Position numbers and translations under genes: made by a program
Shown: positions 12,042-22,521 of the stretch, in pieces
Layout: every line of letters begins with the position of its first letter
Position numbering within the stretch: position 1 is the stretch's first letter
Source: Botryllus schlosseri
Taxonomy: Eukaryota
Assembly (NCBI GenBank): GCA_051294905.1
Contig: CM119372.1
Location: forward strand, 32,302,001-32,366,000
Direction of reading: 5' to 3'
DNA: 64,000 nucleotides
The notes under the pieces: generated by a model
Databases searched by the model: none
Told to the model about the DNA's origin: nothing
What the model saw: the letters and a program-made list of their open reading frames with translations, nothing else

Positions 12042-12050
12042 GCGTTTTTT
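12007..12050 (-). promoter_or_regulatory. -1 programmed ribosomal frameshift signal (gag-pol)
   Basis: A AAA AAC at 12050-12044 is in gag phase (TCA AAA AAC); pol is in the -1 frame; downstream hairpin GGG-T-GCTGATT...AATCAGC-T-CCC. Confidence 0.85.
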
Positions 12051-14872
12051 GAGAGTCGAATGCCTTGATTCAGTTCATCATCCGTCCAATATGAAGCGTC
12101 ATATCGACGTGGACGATTATGATATTGTGGTTCCGTCCAGGCCACCTGGCTATTACCCTGGGTTTGGTGTGCAGGCGGTCCTTGAGGACCCCATTGATCC
12201 CTATCATGCCAGTGGGTTCTATCTCGATTTTTTGGCCTGTTATCATAATAGGCTTCACACAAAGCGGTCCTTTGTGTAAATGAGGGAGATCCTTGCGTGG
12301 CAAGATACTGGTCAAGACCCTCAATCGTTAGCATGTTATTTCTTGTCAGGAAAGATTTCCAATTACGTTCCGCCGATTCTTTGACGCTTGGGGGCACTGG
12401 ACGTGCTCGCGTACGAACTATCCACCCCTGGTGTTCATCATAGGCGAGAACCTGATTGTTTAGCCAAAGTATAAATTTAGCCACACAACTACGGGACTGA
12501 TGTCCCGGGGCCTTACAGTAATAACACACCGAGAGTGACTGGCCTTGAGAGGGATTCAAATACAAGCCTAGAGGTGCGAAAATATTAGGGTTTCCAAGAA
12601 AATTGTACCTCTCACCTTGGCTCTCCGCAATGTTGCGGGCCTCCCGGCTGCTAGACGGAGTAATTTGCGAGCTGTCTACGCCCATTCCTGAGTCCTGTGT
12701 GTTCGCCATTCGAGGACTACGGTTTGAAGTGCTTGACCTTTGACTAGAACGTCGTGGTCCCGTGGTTTCGGGCGGCGCATTACGAACATTTGGAGGTCGC
12801 TCTTGTCTTGACCTCGGGGCCTGTACTCTTCTGCCGCGTCCATTTCCATTCATGACGTGCGTGGGTGGACGGTTGATCCGAGCGTTACGGAGTGGATTAC
12901 GGCGTGGTAGAGGGGTTTGGCCCGTGCCGGTCAGTCGTCGTGGTGACATTTGTCTTGGCGGTCCAGGGGGTGTCCCGCCCAAGACATTCGGTGGCGGCTG
13001 GGGTGGGGGTGATTGCGCCATTGGCGGCGGTGTCACACCTGGTGGTGGTGGAGGAGGAGTATCAAGTCGTCCATCCTCGCCACCGTGGGTCGGATAGCTG
13101 TGTACTATTGGTCCTGCAGGCTGAACATTATATATATGTACCGGCGGTAGGGAAGGCTTCGTTTCACGTGTTTGACCAGTTCCCCGATTCTTGGAACGCG
13201 TCTCCTGTTCGTCCAGAAATTCGGAGTTCCAAACAAGCTGTAGTTCCTCCGCAACTTCCCGCCAAGTCTTTTTTTCTTCCCAGCCTCGTAGCATTAGTCT
13301 GAGTGCCTCTGGTAATCGTTGTCGTAGATTTCGGAAAAGTCGCAGTCCATCCTGGTTATCCTTAATGTCACTTTCCATGTTTATTTCTAATTGTTTCAAG
13401 GCGCTATTTAGCAGCGGTAGGGGTTCGTCCTCCCAGCGGTAATTTCTACGGAAATCCCCGATGATCTTTTCATCATTTACCAAGCCCTGAGGGTTGGATA
13501 AAGAAAGGGATCTCATTACCGAAGCCCACTCTGCTTCCCCCGAATTTGTGTTGAAGAAATTCCCCAGTTGGGTTGCCTGCTTGTGGCGGCCAGCATCCCT
13601 TAACTTCTTCTGCATGGCGTTTGCCAAAATAACATCAGCATCCGTGTTTCCTGGGCCGTGACGTATTCGTCTCATCGAATTTGCCATCCATTTCAGAAGT
13701 GGCATGTCTCCAGGATCCATCATAAGCTGAAGCATCTCTTTTTCCGATTGGGGTTTAACGGGTATGGTGATCATCGGGGTTGTGACACCAGGTTGTTGTC
13801 GTGACCGTTGTGTCCCAGACCTTACACCATTATCTTTTGGAGTAGAAGTAAAACGAGGCATATTAGGGTACCCGGGGCTGTGAGATTGGCCCTCATCAGA
13901 ATATTCGTCAGTAAAATCATCATGGCTGTAGCTGTCTTGGAGTGACTTTTGGTAATTTCTTATCTCTTTAGCCAGACGTCGCATTCGAAAATCGATGTCG
14001 CCACTCTCTGAATTGTTCTCCTCGTTTCGCTGGTCCTCCTGTTCCAGAAATGTCACACGTCTAGATTCGCCATCCGCACTTCCTGCCCTCCTTCGAGAGT
14101 CTACCACTGCCCTACGACGGTTCTGGCGGTTTTGCCATGCCCGATAGCCTTTATACTTGTCCAGAGGGCCCTCTTCAGGATCTGACTCGGCCCGGGATTC
14201 GTCTCCCTCAACCCTGACAGTGTTCGGTATTTCGCCGGGACTCCCTTTTTTCTGCTTGGCACGCGCACCGCTGTCCACATGAAAACACGGTGTCGTTCCC
14301 TTACGGGAGCCTAACAACGCGGTCGGCCCTGAACTAGGTATCGTAGGGTATACAGCCTTTACCGTATGGCAATCTAAACCTTTCGTGACCGTCATTGTAG
14401 GCATTTGCGTTACGTCGTGTAATGACTGTTCAGTAAGAGGATCGTACGCTGGAGGATCGTAAGCTGGTGCGTTTGGTAGTACAGTCAAAACAGGAGTTGG
14501 AGTTCTTTCCTTTACAGCTTGCGCATGTGATTTTCCGAGGTCGAACTCTGACGCAAGAATTTCATTTAGTACTTCGGTAGAGACTTTCCCGCTAACTTTT
14601 GTGGTGGCATCGCACACAGCTTTGAGGTCCGCTTGAGCTTTTCGTACTTCTTTCTTTGCCTTTTCCAGCCCTTTCATAGTGTCGGGCAGGGTCGTCTTAA
14701 CTTCTTTTAATAAATCTGCTTGTTCAGCAACATCTTTAGCAAGTTGCCTTTCTTGTCGTCGAACATCATCATGACGTTTTTGCGTCGCTTTTAGCAGCCT
14801 GATTCCTTGTTCGAGCTCGCTGGCCGCTTCTGACGACTTTTTCCTTTTAAACCTTCTTAACATTCTTCGCAT
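12029..14872 (-). CDS. gag: Gag-like polyprotein, 947 aa
   Basis: N-terminal coiled coil, PPAY motif, proline-rich region, CCHC knuckle CYYCKAPGHQSRSC; directly upstream of pol. Confidence 0.9.
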   Translation of the reverse strand: MRRMLRRFKRKKSSEAASELEQGIRLLKATQKRHDDVRRQERQLAKDVAEQADLLKEVKTTLPDTMKGLEKAKKEVRKAQADLKAVCDATTKVSGKVSTEVLNEILASEFDLGKSHAQAVKERTPTPVLTVLPNAPAYDPPAYDPLTEQSLHDVTQMPTMTVTKGLDCHTVKAVYPTIPSSGPTALLGSRKGTTPCFHVDSGARAKQKKGSPGEIPNTVRVEGDESRAESDPEEGPLDKYKGYRAWQNRQNRRRAVVDSRRRAGSADGESRRVTFLEQEDQRNEENNSESGDIDFRMRRLAKEIRNYQKSLQDSYSHDDFTDEYSDEGQSHSPGYPNMPRFTSTPKDNGVRSGTQRSRQQPGVTTPMITIPVKPQSEKEMLQLMMDPGDMPLLKWMANSMRRIRHGPGNTDADVILANAMQKKLRDAGRHKQATQLGNFFNTNSGEAEWASVMRSLSLSNPQGLVNDEKIIGDFRRNYRWEDEPLPLLNSALKQLEINMESDIKDNQDGLRLFRNLRQRLPEALRLMLRGWEEKKTWREVAEELQLVWNSEFLDEQETRSKNRGTGQTRETKPSLPPVHIYNVQPAGPIVHSYPTHGGEDGRLDTPPPPPPGVTPPPMAQSPPPQPPPNVLGGTPPGPPRQMSPRRLTGTGQTPLPRRNPLRNARINRPPTHVMNGNGRGRRVQAPRSRQERPPNVRNAPPETTGPRRSSQRSSTSNRSPRMANTQDSGMGVDSSQITPSSSREARNIAESQGERYNFLGNPNIFAPLGLYLNPSQGQSLSVCYYCKAPGHQSRSCVAKFILWLNNQVLAYDEHQGWIVRTRARPVPPSVKESAERNWKSFLTRNNMLTIEGLDQYLATQGSPSFTQRTALCEAYYDNRPKNRDRTHWHDRDQWGPQGPPAHQTQGNSQVAWTEPQYHNRPRRYDASYWTDDELNQGIRLSKNAWGC

Positions 14873-14880
14873 AGCACTTC

Positions 14881-15228
14881 CTATTGGCTGGAGGAAGTAC
14901 TATTGACAGCTAGTTGTATATCAGAAGAAGATTCGTCAAAAAATGACGTTGATCTGGGTGACGTAGCAGTAGACGTAGAATTGGCGTGAATAAGCGTAAT
15001 TTCACTACTGTTCTCCGTTGGTCCTGGCGACGCGCTGGTAGGTGTAATATTTGTAGTGTTTAGCGTGGATTCACTACTATTTGGCCCAACAATTGCGTTC
15101 AACAGATCAACAAACGCTCCTGGCGACACGTGTAAATAAACTGCTGCCAACGTAATCAGGAGAGATACAAATGATGAAATCAAGGATATGACAAGTACCA
15201 ATTTTGCGATAGTCGTCTTAGAGAGCAT
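14881..15228 (-). CDS. ORF0: small type II membrane glycoprotein, 115 aa from the first ATG
   Basis: MLSKTTIAK, then a hydrophobic helix, then an S/T-rich tail with six N-x-S/T sequons; lies between PBS and gag. Confidence 0.65.
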   Translation of the reverse strand: MLSKTTIAKLVLVISLISSFVSLLITLAAVYLHVSPGAFVDLLNAIVGPNSSESTLNTTNITPTSASPGPTENSSEITLIHANSTSTATSPRSTSFFDESSSDIQLAVNSTSSSQ

Positions 15229-15257
15229 CGATTGGTCAACGTCTGGACACCGGAAGT

Positions 15258-15275
15258 ATCCCAGTGGTGCCTCCA
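15258..15275 (-). promoter_or_regulatory. Primer binding site, tRNA-Thr type
   Basis: TGGAGGCACCACTGGGAT matches 17/18 the complement of vertebrate-type tRNA-Thr(AGT) 3' end as recalled (TGGAGGCACCGCTGGGAT); preceded by CA plus a 2-nt spacer. Confidence 0.85.
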
Positions 15276-15277
15276 AT

Positions 15278-16430
15278 TGTGTTTAAAGTGCGGCTCCGAT
15301 AACGATCGTTATTGCGAGTAGTCCACACTTGGTTCGGTATACTTCGTGGTACAAAGTTGACTCTTTCTTTTACTCTTGACGTACTCAGATGTTGATTGAA
15401 GCAATAGTAGTTGTAATGTTGTTTCTTGTCAAGTTGACAATGACCTTGAGGTCCAGAATTCTAAACTAACCTTGATAACTGGTAAGCTTATACCTTAATA
15501 CAACCAAATACTCCAATCGTTATCATGCAGACAGAATGAGGTATCTAAGCAAAACTCGGTTAATATTGGCATATAGAATATCCATCAATTATAACACAAG
15601 ATAAAGCTTAAACCTATTCATATTCATGCACGAATTAATGTATTTTAAATACTCCAAGGTTTGTTTTCGCATATAAACTATGCGACGGCCTTTCCTGCCG
15701 AAGTGGTATCTTTCAGGGTTTGTTAACACATAACTAATGTGACGGCCTTTCCAGCCGAAAAATAGCTCATAGGTTTGTTTACACATATAATGCATGTGAC
15801 GGCCTGTTCTGCCGTAAAGCAGCTCCAAGGTTAGTTTACACACATAATGCATGTGACGGCCTGTCCTGCCGTAAAGTTCATTTATGACATATCGCTACAT
15901 TGTACACCATTCAATCACAATAGTCATGCACGAACTAATGTTTTCTGTTATATCTCTGGGTTCCTTTAGTATCGGTGTGTATAAGCTTTTTATTCATTCG
16001 TATGTACCGTGTCTCACAAACAATAGATTTGATTTACCACGAATCTTTAACTCTACACATGCTCCAATAAGGTAGAGGTTCCTAGCTTAGTCTAAGGGTG
16101 CGTAGCTAGTTATAACGCGTAACTCCGGGAGGTTCCAACATTAAGGACTTCTTATCGTTGACCCGATTAACATGGCCATATGCCAATTAAAGTGCACTTG
16201 TTGATACTACCCTTAACAAGGTGTTGCTTATTCGAACACTGTTAGATACCCAGGGTCCCTTTTACGGGTTTCTGAAGAATACCCTAAACATTTCTAATCC
16301 TAGGCTTCTATCCCGCTAGGGTGAAGGGTCCCGACACTAATATAGGGCGTGGTCGGTGTATAACGCCTAATTAAAGCCTACAGGCGTAGTACTCGCTATA
16401 ATGTTACTGTAGTAACAACCAATTATTCAC
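15278..16430 (-). repeat. LTR-like region; U5 end CA at 15278, far boundary undefined, no second copy in window
   Basis: aaacaCA-AT-TGG junction; candidate AGTAAA poly(A) signal near 15370-15375; enhancer-like tandem repeats. Confidence 0.55.
15652..15876. repeat. Four tandem ~56-bp repeats, U3 enhancer-like
   Basis: Core g(c/t)gacggcct.t.c.gccg.a recurs four times. Confidence 0.85.
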
Positions 16431-16476
16431 ACAATAAATGTTCACTAACCCATACACATATCTACGACATAAAATG

Positions 16477-17150
16477 TTAGCGCCATTTTAAAGCAACCTG
16501 ATGGTATTGATCAAAGATACAGTAAAGGCAGTGCTTGAACAAAATGGCGTCACTATGCAATATTACATCAAAGTAACCCTCACATGAAAATACCAATGTC
16601 CTGTTATGACTCGTGCGTCTCGTCATCATGCCGCAGATTGATTCATGTCGTTGTTCGTCAAACGCATCTTCTCCGATCTCCATCATGGTATGTCCAGGAC
16701 ATATTTGGCAACCGTACATTTGGGTACTTTCGTCTCGTGCATCTATTTCGAACCCGATTTCTTCAACTCCCTTGATAATGAAACGATTCTTCTGCGTATC
16801 TTTCCTTGATTTTGCAGTCGTCTTCGTCGTCTCCTTTCTTCGTTATCTTTAACGTGAGCTTTGGCGGGCATTGTTCGGCACATTTCAACCTCTGGTTCAC
16901 TGGTCCCTGCTGAGCAGTGATTTTTAGCGCCGGATTTCTTCTTATCTCTTCTATTTCACTTCATTAAGCCCTAGATTCTATCGAGGGGAGCAGTCATTCG
17001 GGACTGTCGAATAGAAATTTTAGAGTTGGTACCACCAAGTCGTTTTTTTAATGCCAATAGAATGTCCAGTCCATCTCGATATTCTCATGCCATTTCATCA
17101 CTCCACCCAGTCTTATTATGGTCTTATTGAGAGCAAGTCATTAAGTTCTC
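16477..17150 (-). pseudogene. Decayed orphan ORF
   Basis: Protein-like segments (MKWHENIEMDWTFYWH*, EIEEIRRNPALK..., IKGVEEIGFEIDARDESTQMYGCQICPGH...KWR*) broken by stops and one frameshift. Confidence 0.45.
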
Positions 17151-17589
17151 GGCATGTTTTCCAGACGCTCTTCTTGTCATACAAGTTTTAGATACACTCG
17201 ATGCGCACAGAGAGGACATTAAAACACACACATATCAGAATTTCGCGTCATTTGCTATCGTAACGTTGTCACAATACAATAATTCGCATGCACGTACTGA
17301 TCATGGTGCCATAAGTGCACTCGTAAGACACATCCATTTCGTGAAACGAATGTGCAAACAAGGCGGGTCTTATTCTAATGTCATACTCAATCATCGACAC
17401 ATCAGTTTCGAAAAACGAATGTGTGGACAAGTTCAACCATGGGTTACTTTTCTAAGGTCTTTATTTTAGCAGTACTGGCTTGAGGTATTCCTAATGTTAT
17501 AGGCCTATTATTTCCGGTTATAATGTTCATTTTTATTCAACTTATGTAGTTCCATAGCCATTCACGACGTAGCTACGTTGTAAATCGCT

Positions 17590-18455
17590 ATGGTAGTGCC
17601 CTAAACGTTTTGTAAAATCTGTCCGTCTTACCCAGGATCTAAAATCAAGGTACGGAGCTGTATCCATTGTGGATATCGTCCTTAACATTTTGGAAAATCT
17701 GTCCGTCTTATCCAAGATCTAACATCAAGGTACGGATCTATATCCATTGTGGATATGGTCCTTAACATTTTGGAAAATCTGTCCGTCTTATCCAAGATCT
17801 AGAATCAAGGTACGGATGTATCAATTTTAGTAAGCCTTAACGTTTTGGAATATTTGACGGTCTTCTCCAGGGTCTAGCACCGAGGTACCGATATATATTA
17901 ATTATAGTGGCCCTAATCGTTTTGGAAAATCTGTCCGTCTTATCCAGGATCTAACATCAAGGTACGGATGACTATTGATTACAATAGTAGCCCTAAACTT
18001 TTGGAATATATTTCGGTCTTCTCCAGGGTCTACCACCGAGGTACCGATATATATTAATTATAGTGGCCCTAATCGTTTTGGAAAATCTGTCCGTCTTATC
18101 CAGGATCTAACATCAAGGTACGGATATATATTAATTATAGTGGCCCTAATCGTTTTGGAAAATCTGTCCGTCTTATCCAGGACCTAACATCAAGGTACGG
18201 ATATATATTAATTATAGTGGCCCTAATCGTTTTGGAAAATCTGTCCGTCTTATCCAGGACCTAACATCAAGGTACGGATATATATTAATTATAGTGGCCC
18301 TAATCGTTTTGGAAAATCTGTCCGTCTTATCCAGGACCTAACATCAAGGTACGGATATATATTAATTATAGTGGCCCTAATCGTTTTGGAAAATCTGTCC
18401 GTCTTATCCAGGACCTAACATCAAGGTACGGATATATATCCATTGCGGATATGGT
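17590..18455. repeat. Tandem array of ~11 units of 77-80 bp
   Basis: Unit cgttttggaaaatctgtccgtcttatccaggacctaacatcaaggtacggatatatattaattatagtggccctaat; exact 77-bp period at 18151, 18228, 18305, 18382. Confidence 0.95.
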
Positions 18456-18489
18456 TCTTTTTGTTGCCATCTTGTTCGACGCAACGCTT

Positions 18490-20100
18490 CTAATATCTTT
18501 TCACCTTTTGGTTTGTCAAGCATTCTCATTAGGGTCCGAGCCCAAGTCCAATCCAACTACTTCCTCATGGTACACACGACACATGACGCGTGTCCATTTA
18601 AACTACTTCCTCGTGTTACATACAACATGAGTTGAGTTTTTGCAGTAGCACTCTGGCTGTCAACCGGCTGCATGTAATATGTGCGGTGACAGTTCTCGGC
18701 AGCTCACATTTGAGCGCAACACCGGCTGAATAAATAAACAGCCACTGATAGCGCCCAAAATGAAGCAACCTAGTAAAAGCCTAGAAACCTATTGCCCCCC
18801 ACAAAGGCATTTTTTTCATTGTTTTATAATATTTTTTTGTGAAAATGATTTTATACTCCGTATAACTTTTATCTTTGATTTTCGCTTTCGTAATTTTTTA
18901 TATATTATGTACATGTTTTAGAATCTATTGATTTTATAATTTTGTTCGCATTGGGTTTTCATTTTTTTGGATTTTTTTCTTAGTGGGTATTATACTATGA
19001 TGCAATGCGCGTATATACACAATTTAATATATCTCTCCACCCCATCCTTCCCCCCTTTTTTGACAGGGATTGTCAACAGTCACATTCCTTTCAGCACACT
19101 TACAACGTGTCAACTGGGAGGCGAGGTCTTCCCATAGTTCACCAAAGTGTTATACTGGATAGGAAGTGCCGAGAGACGTGCTCATCATTTATTTACATTA
19201 CGCCATCACGTGAGCACCTGATAGGCTTAATTTTCCCCATTAATATAAACCGTCAGACACTCAAAAAGAAAACACCTCTTACCATTTGGTAAGTGCCAAG
19301 CGGTGCCATTGGTATCCATCGAGTGAGAGGGGTGCCGAGAGGCAGGGATGGGAGAATGTCTTCTACATAGATTTACATATGCGAGTTAGATATAGTCAAT
19401 AAAAGTAAATTTTATATCCTTATGAAATTCTTGATGTATTGTGCGTCCGTCACGATCGCGAATTCAAAAAATTTATAATATATAAGCAGCAATTTAAAAC
19501 ACTTTGATGTCTCATAGTTATATCACTAATATCTCGCGGAGCCGACTGTAGCGAGGACTAAGAAAAAGGAAAAAATATAAGTAAATTAGAAACTCAAATA
19601 TAATTAGTAGATTAGCAAAAACATTTCATAATGAAAATAGGGTGATTTTTCACGGGGCAGGGGGTCTGGGAATGTTATCCGCTTTTTGTTACTATCTTCT
19701 CCTTCTTATGACGATTATTCGGGTTGACGAGCGATCGCAATTGGACCACACTAGTCTCGTAAATGATTGTGGCGTTAAAACAAATCATTCACTACAATGA
19801 GCGAACCTAATTGCATTTGTACCATCCGAATTAATATAAACATTTTGTGTAACAGACAATAAATGTAAAGCAGACTATCACTGAAGACAAAACATGTTCT
19901 ATACTTATTCGAAAATTCATTTTTGTATATAAGGTGGAAATTGAGCAGCTTGCATTCGAGTAATTGAACTATCCGTAGTCCCCGAGATGTTATTTCAGGG
20001 TCACACTTAGCGATTCAATCACAATACAATGTCCTTTACTTTCTGGAACTTAACATAAATTTTGTGTATCGGTATAATAAATCCGTGTATATAATAAATG
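18490..20100. repeat. Diverged direct repeat module A (module B at ~30865-32140)
   Basis: Collinear blocks cactgatagcgc, cccaca(a)aggcatt, gagtgag..ggtgcc, gattagcaaa..catt and cagact.tca...gacaaa. Confidence 0.75.
18516..18810 (-). pseudogene. Decayed gene, copy A (paralog of 30890-31199)
   Basis: GAISGCLFIQPVLRSNVSCRELSPH and VYHEEVVGLDLGSDPNENA* align with copy B with mostly synonymous changes; stops and frameshifts elsewhere. Confidence 0.7.
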
Positions 20101-20390
20101 AAATACAAGAATACAGCTTCTACTTCAGAGCTATTCTCCAGTTACACTGCATTCTGACTCAAATTCTTTTTCCGTTAAGTTTAGCTAGACAGGGATGCCG
20201 AATTATTACGTTTGTCCTAATTCCCTATCAGCTATAGCCTTATTAATTTAGTTGTCCCGGCTTGTCTGGCAGTCTAAACACTACCAGTCCGTTTCCATAT
20301 TTCAAAAGATGGATAATCAACAGCAATAAAAGGGTGAACAAAAACAACAACAAATTATGACACTACTGTCATAACACATTTTAAAAGTGT

Positions 20391-20843
20391 CTACAGTTGG
20401 TTAGCATATTCTCGTATTAACGGGAATGCAACGTCAAGTAATTCTTCCGTTGAAAGTAATAATGCAATCGGAGATGTTACGTCTAGATGAGGAATACGAG
20501 ACGAAACTACATTCTCATGGATATGATCACTTATTGGATGCAGTCCCACGACGAATGTATACCAACAATATTGAGCACTTTCAAATTGTTCCAACACTAA
20601 CATTCTAGCGACTGCACAATGTTTATCATATATTGCCTTCCATAAACTGTCCGAGGGGGGTTTTCCGAAGCATTTCTTCAAGTATGTAGACATTGTTGCT
20701 TTTATAGTACCCATTGATGAAGCTGCCCATTCATCAAAACTCCTGTTTTGATATTCCGCTTCAAATATATCAAAGTATTCATTGATTTCTTGTTTTGCCT
20801 CTTCTACCTCCCAAGTCTTTACCGTAATAGTTTCATTAGACAT
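20391..20843 (-). CDS. Orphan family A protein, copy 1
   Basis: Shares W..E.AK..I..Y...FE.EY..R.FD.W and A.Y.W.....LHP with 22117-22521 and 22518-22973. Confidence 0.75.
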   Translation of the reverse strand: MSNETITVKTWEVEEAKQEINEYFDIFEAEYQNRSFDEWAASSMGTIKATMSTYLKKCFGKPPSDSLWKAIYDKHCAVARMLVLEQFESAQYCWYTFVVGLHPISDHIHENVVSSRIPHLDVTSPIALLLSTEELLDVAFPLIREYANQL

Positions 20844-21023
20844 ATTCGATATGAGTTTTAGGCACTAAACACAAAAGATCTTATGACTCTATGGCTCTAT
20901 GACTATGACCGATAGGGTTTGCACGAAAGATTATGTGCATCTACAAATGAATCACGCATACTATGTATGTTGATGACGCGTTTTAGCTATTTTGTCTTAC
21001 TTAATGGTACGCCACCCATGGAT

Positions 21024-21479
21024 TCACTTAGCATACATCTCAGTCCAGTCTCGTGCCGTTTTCTGATAACGATCGAAATTATCTCGATACATCCTGGCAC
21101 TTTCTTCATCCATTGGATCATCAGGATTCGGAGAAGCCAGAAGTGAAGAAATCGATATTAATATCATTACCAAAGTCAAAACTGGAGACCACTTATCAGA
21201 GAGGATGTCGATGCAAATTGTACCCTTTCGACTTATATTTGGATGAAAAATCTTCGTATTGAATGTAATTTTAGGTGGTTTGAAGGGATATTCCGTGGGG
21301 AATTCAACTCTCATATGGAATGTCCCTCCATCGTACGGTGTTTCTGGTGGTCCACACAACATCGCATGCCAAACAAAGATATCTGATTCATCGAAGGGCC
21401 CCGCTTGCAAAATTGCGGGATTTGTTTGGATTTCTCGAGCGATTTTTAGTCGTTCGAAATGTAGTCTTTTCTTCGCCAT
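21024..21479 (-). CDS. Ubiquitin-conjugating enzyme E2, UBE2D/E-like, intronless; start MAKKR
   Basis: YPFKPPK, HPN tripeptide, active-site Cys in GTICIDIL, WSP, PNPDDP. Confidence 0.95.
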   Translation of the reverse strand: MAKKRLHFERLKIAREIQTNPAILQAGPFDESDIFVWHAMLCGPPETPYDGGTFHMRVEFPTEYPFKPPKITFNTKIFHPNISRKGTICIDILSDKWSPVLTLVMILISISSLLASPNPDDPMDEESARMYRDNFDRYQKTARDWTEMYAK

Positions 21480-21547
21480 TCGACGTAGTACTATGCTATC
21501 AATTAATCTTATATATGCAAAAAAAACAAAAAATGGGAAGATAGGTA

Positions 21548-22000
21548 TTACCAAAACAATCTTCTGTCTATCGCATACATATCACGTGAAAGACTTGCAA
21601 TAGTTCTACGCGAAATGTGCCAATCCTCGTCAACATTAACCATGGCCAATATATAGAGTAGAAATACATACAGGTAGTATGCAGGACTTTCCCCAAACTT
21701 TTCCTTCACAATACGTTCCAACATTTCGTTAGCACATTTCAGTTGTTCTCTCACCTCCTGGTCCCGGTATAGCCAAACGAGGAAATCCTTCAATACGAAT
21801 TCCATGTCACTAGCTGTCATAGTCGGAAAGTTTTTCACTTTTTCTCTTATCCGTTCATGTACAATCCCAATCCTCAGCCATGCAACTCTGCTGTCAGGAA
21901 TTGTAGGATATGGACATGGTTTAAATTTGTTGCGATCCAATCCCTTTCTTTGGGGATCCTTGAGTACATATGAATAATTCTCACCATATACTTCTAGCAT
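21548..22000 (-). CDS. Orphan protein, 150 aa
   Basis: ATG-initiated ORF tightly packed in the same-strand cluster; no motif recognised. Confidence 0.6.
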   Translation of the reverse strand: MLEVYGENYSYVLKDPQRKGLDRNKFKPCPYPTIPDSRVAWLRIGIVHERIREKVKNFPTMTASDMEFVLKDFLVWLYRDQEVREQLKCANEMLERIVKEKFGESPAYYLYVFLLYILAMVNVDEDWHISRRTIASLSRDMYAIDRRLFW

Positions 22001-22116
22001 TTTACTTTTGTAGTTTCCTTAAATATATAATTCCTGGTTATAAATGACCCACCCTTTTAAATCAAACATAAACAATCAATTTTCATCCAAACGTACGTCT
22101 AGAACTCAAAACATGT

Positions 22117-22521
22117 TTAATTAGGTTCCAAATGTGCTCCTATCCATTGTATTGGGAAATCATCTTTCATGGGATGCATATGGACAATATGTTTGTACCA
22201 AAGAAATTTGGCTTCTTTATAGTTTCCCAGAGTTATGATCGCAATTCGATTATGTTCTTCAATAGCGGCTTGATATCCAAAAGCTTTTCCTTGTAAGGAC
22301 AATGAATTCCTATAAACTTTGTCCACGTACGGCGTCAACATTCTGACAATGTCGTTCGGTCTTGTCATAGCCCATCTTGACCACCTGTCGGATATTTCTA
22401 CGTATTCTTCATAGTATTTACAGAACATACCAAAATAGAATTTAAAATCATTTGCTGCCGATTCATGTTCAATCTGTATCCATTCCCTTTTACTTATAGA
22501 TTTTCGAGGCATACCTCTCAA
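22117..22521 (-). CDS. Orphan family A protein, copy 2 (diverged)
   Basis: W...E...A...F..YF, RW, EH..IA...L.N...A...W...IV..HP pattern. Confidence 0.7.
   Translation of the reverse strand: MRGMPRKSISKREWIQIEHESAANDFKFYFGMFCKYYEEYVEISDRWSRWAMTRPNDIVRMLTPYVDKVYRNSLSLQGKAFGYQAAIEEHNRIAIITLGNYKEAKFLWYKHIVHMHPMKDDFPIQWIGAHLEPN

Noticed and set aside
8758-13442. Plus-strand ORFs overlapping gag-pol
   Set aside because: Antisense shadows of the coding strand with no motifs.
14881-15276. 131-aa ORF start at 15276, or read-through fusion with gag
   Set aside because: The TTG start overlaps the PBS, so the first ATG at 15228 is preferred; the stop is out of frame with gag.
17590-18455. CRISPR array
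   Set aside because: Units are contiguous near-identical repeats with no unique spacers; eukaryotic context; no cas genes.
21479-21554. N-terminal hydrophobic extension of the E2
   Set aside because: It comes from a non-ATG start overlapping the upstream stop; starting at MAKKR gives a normal ~150-aa E2.
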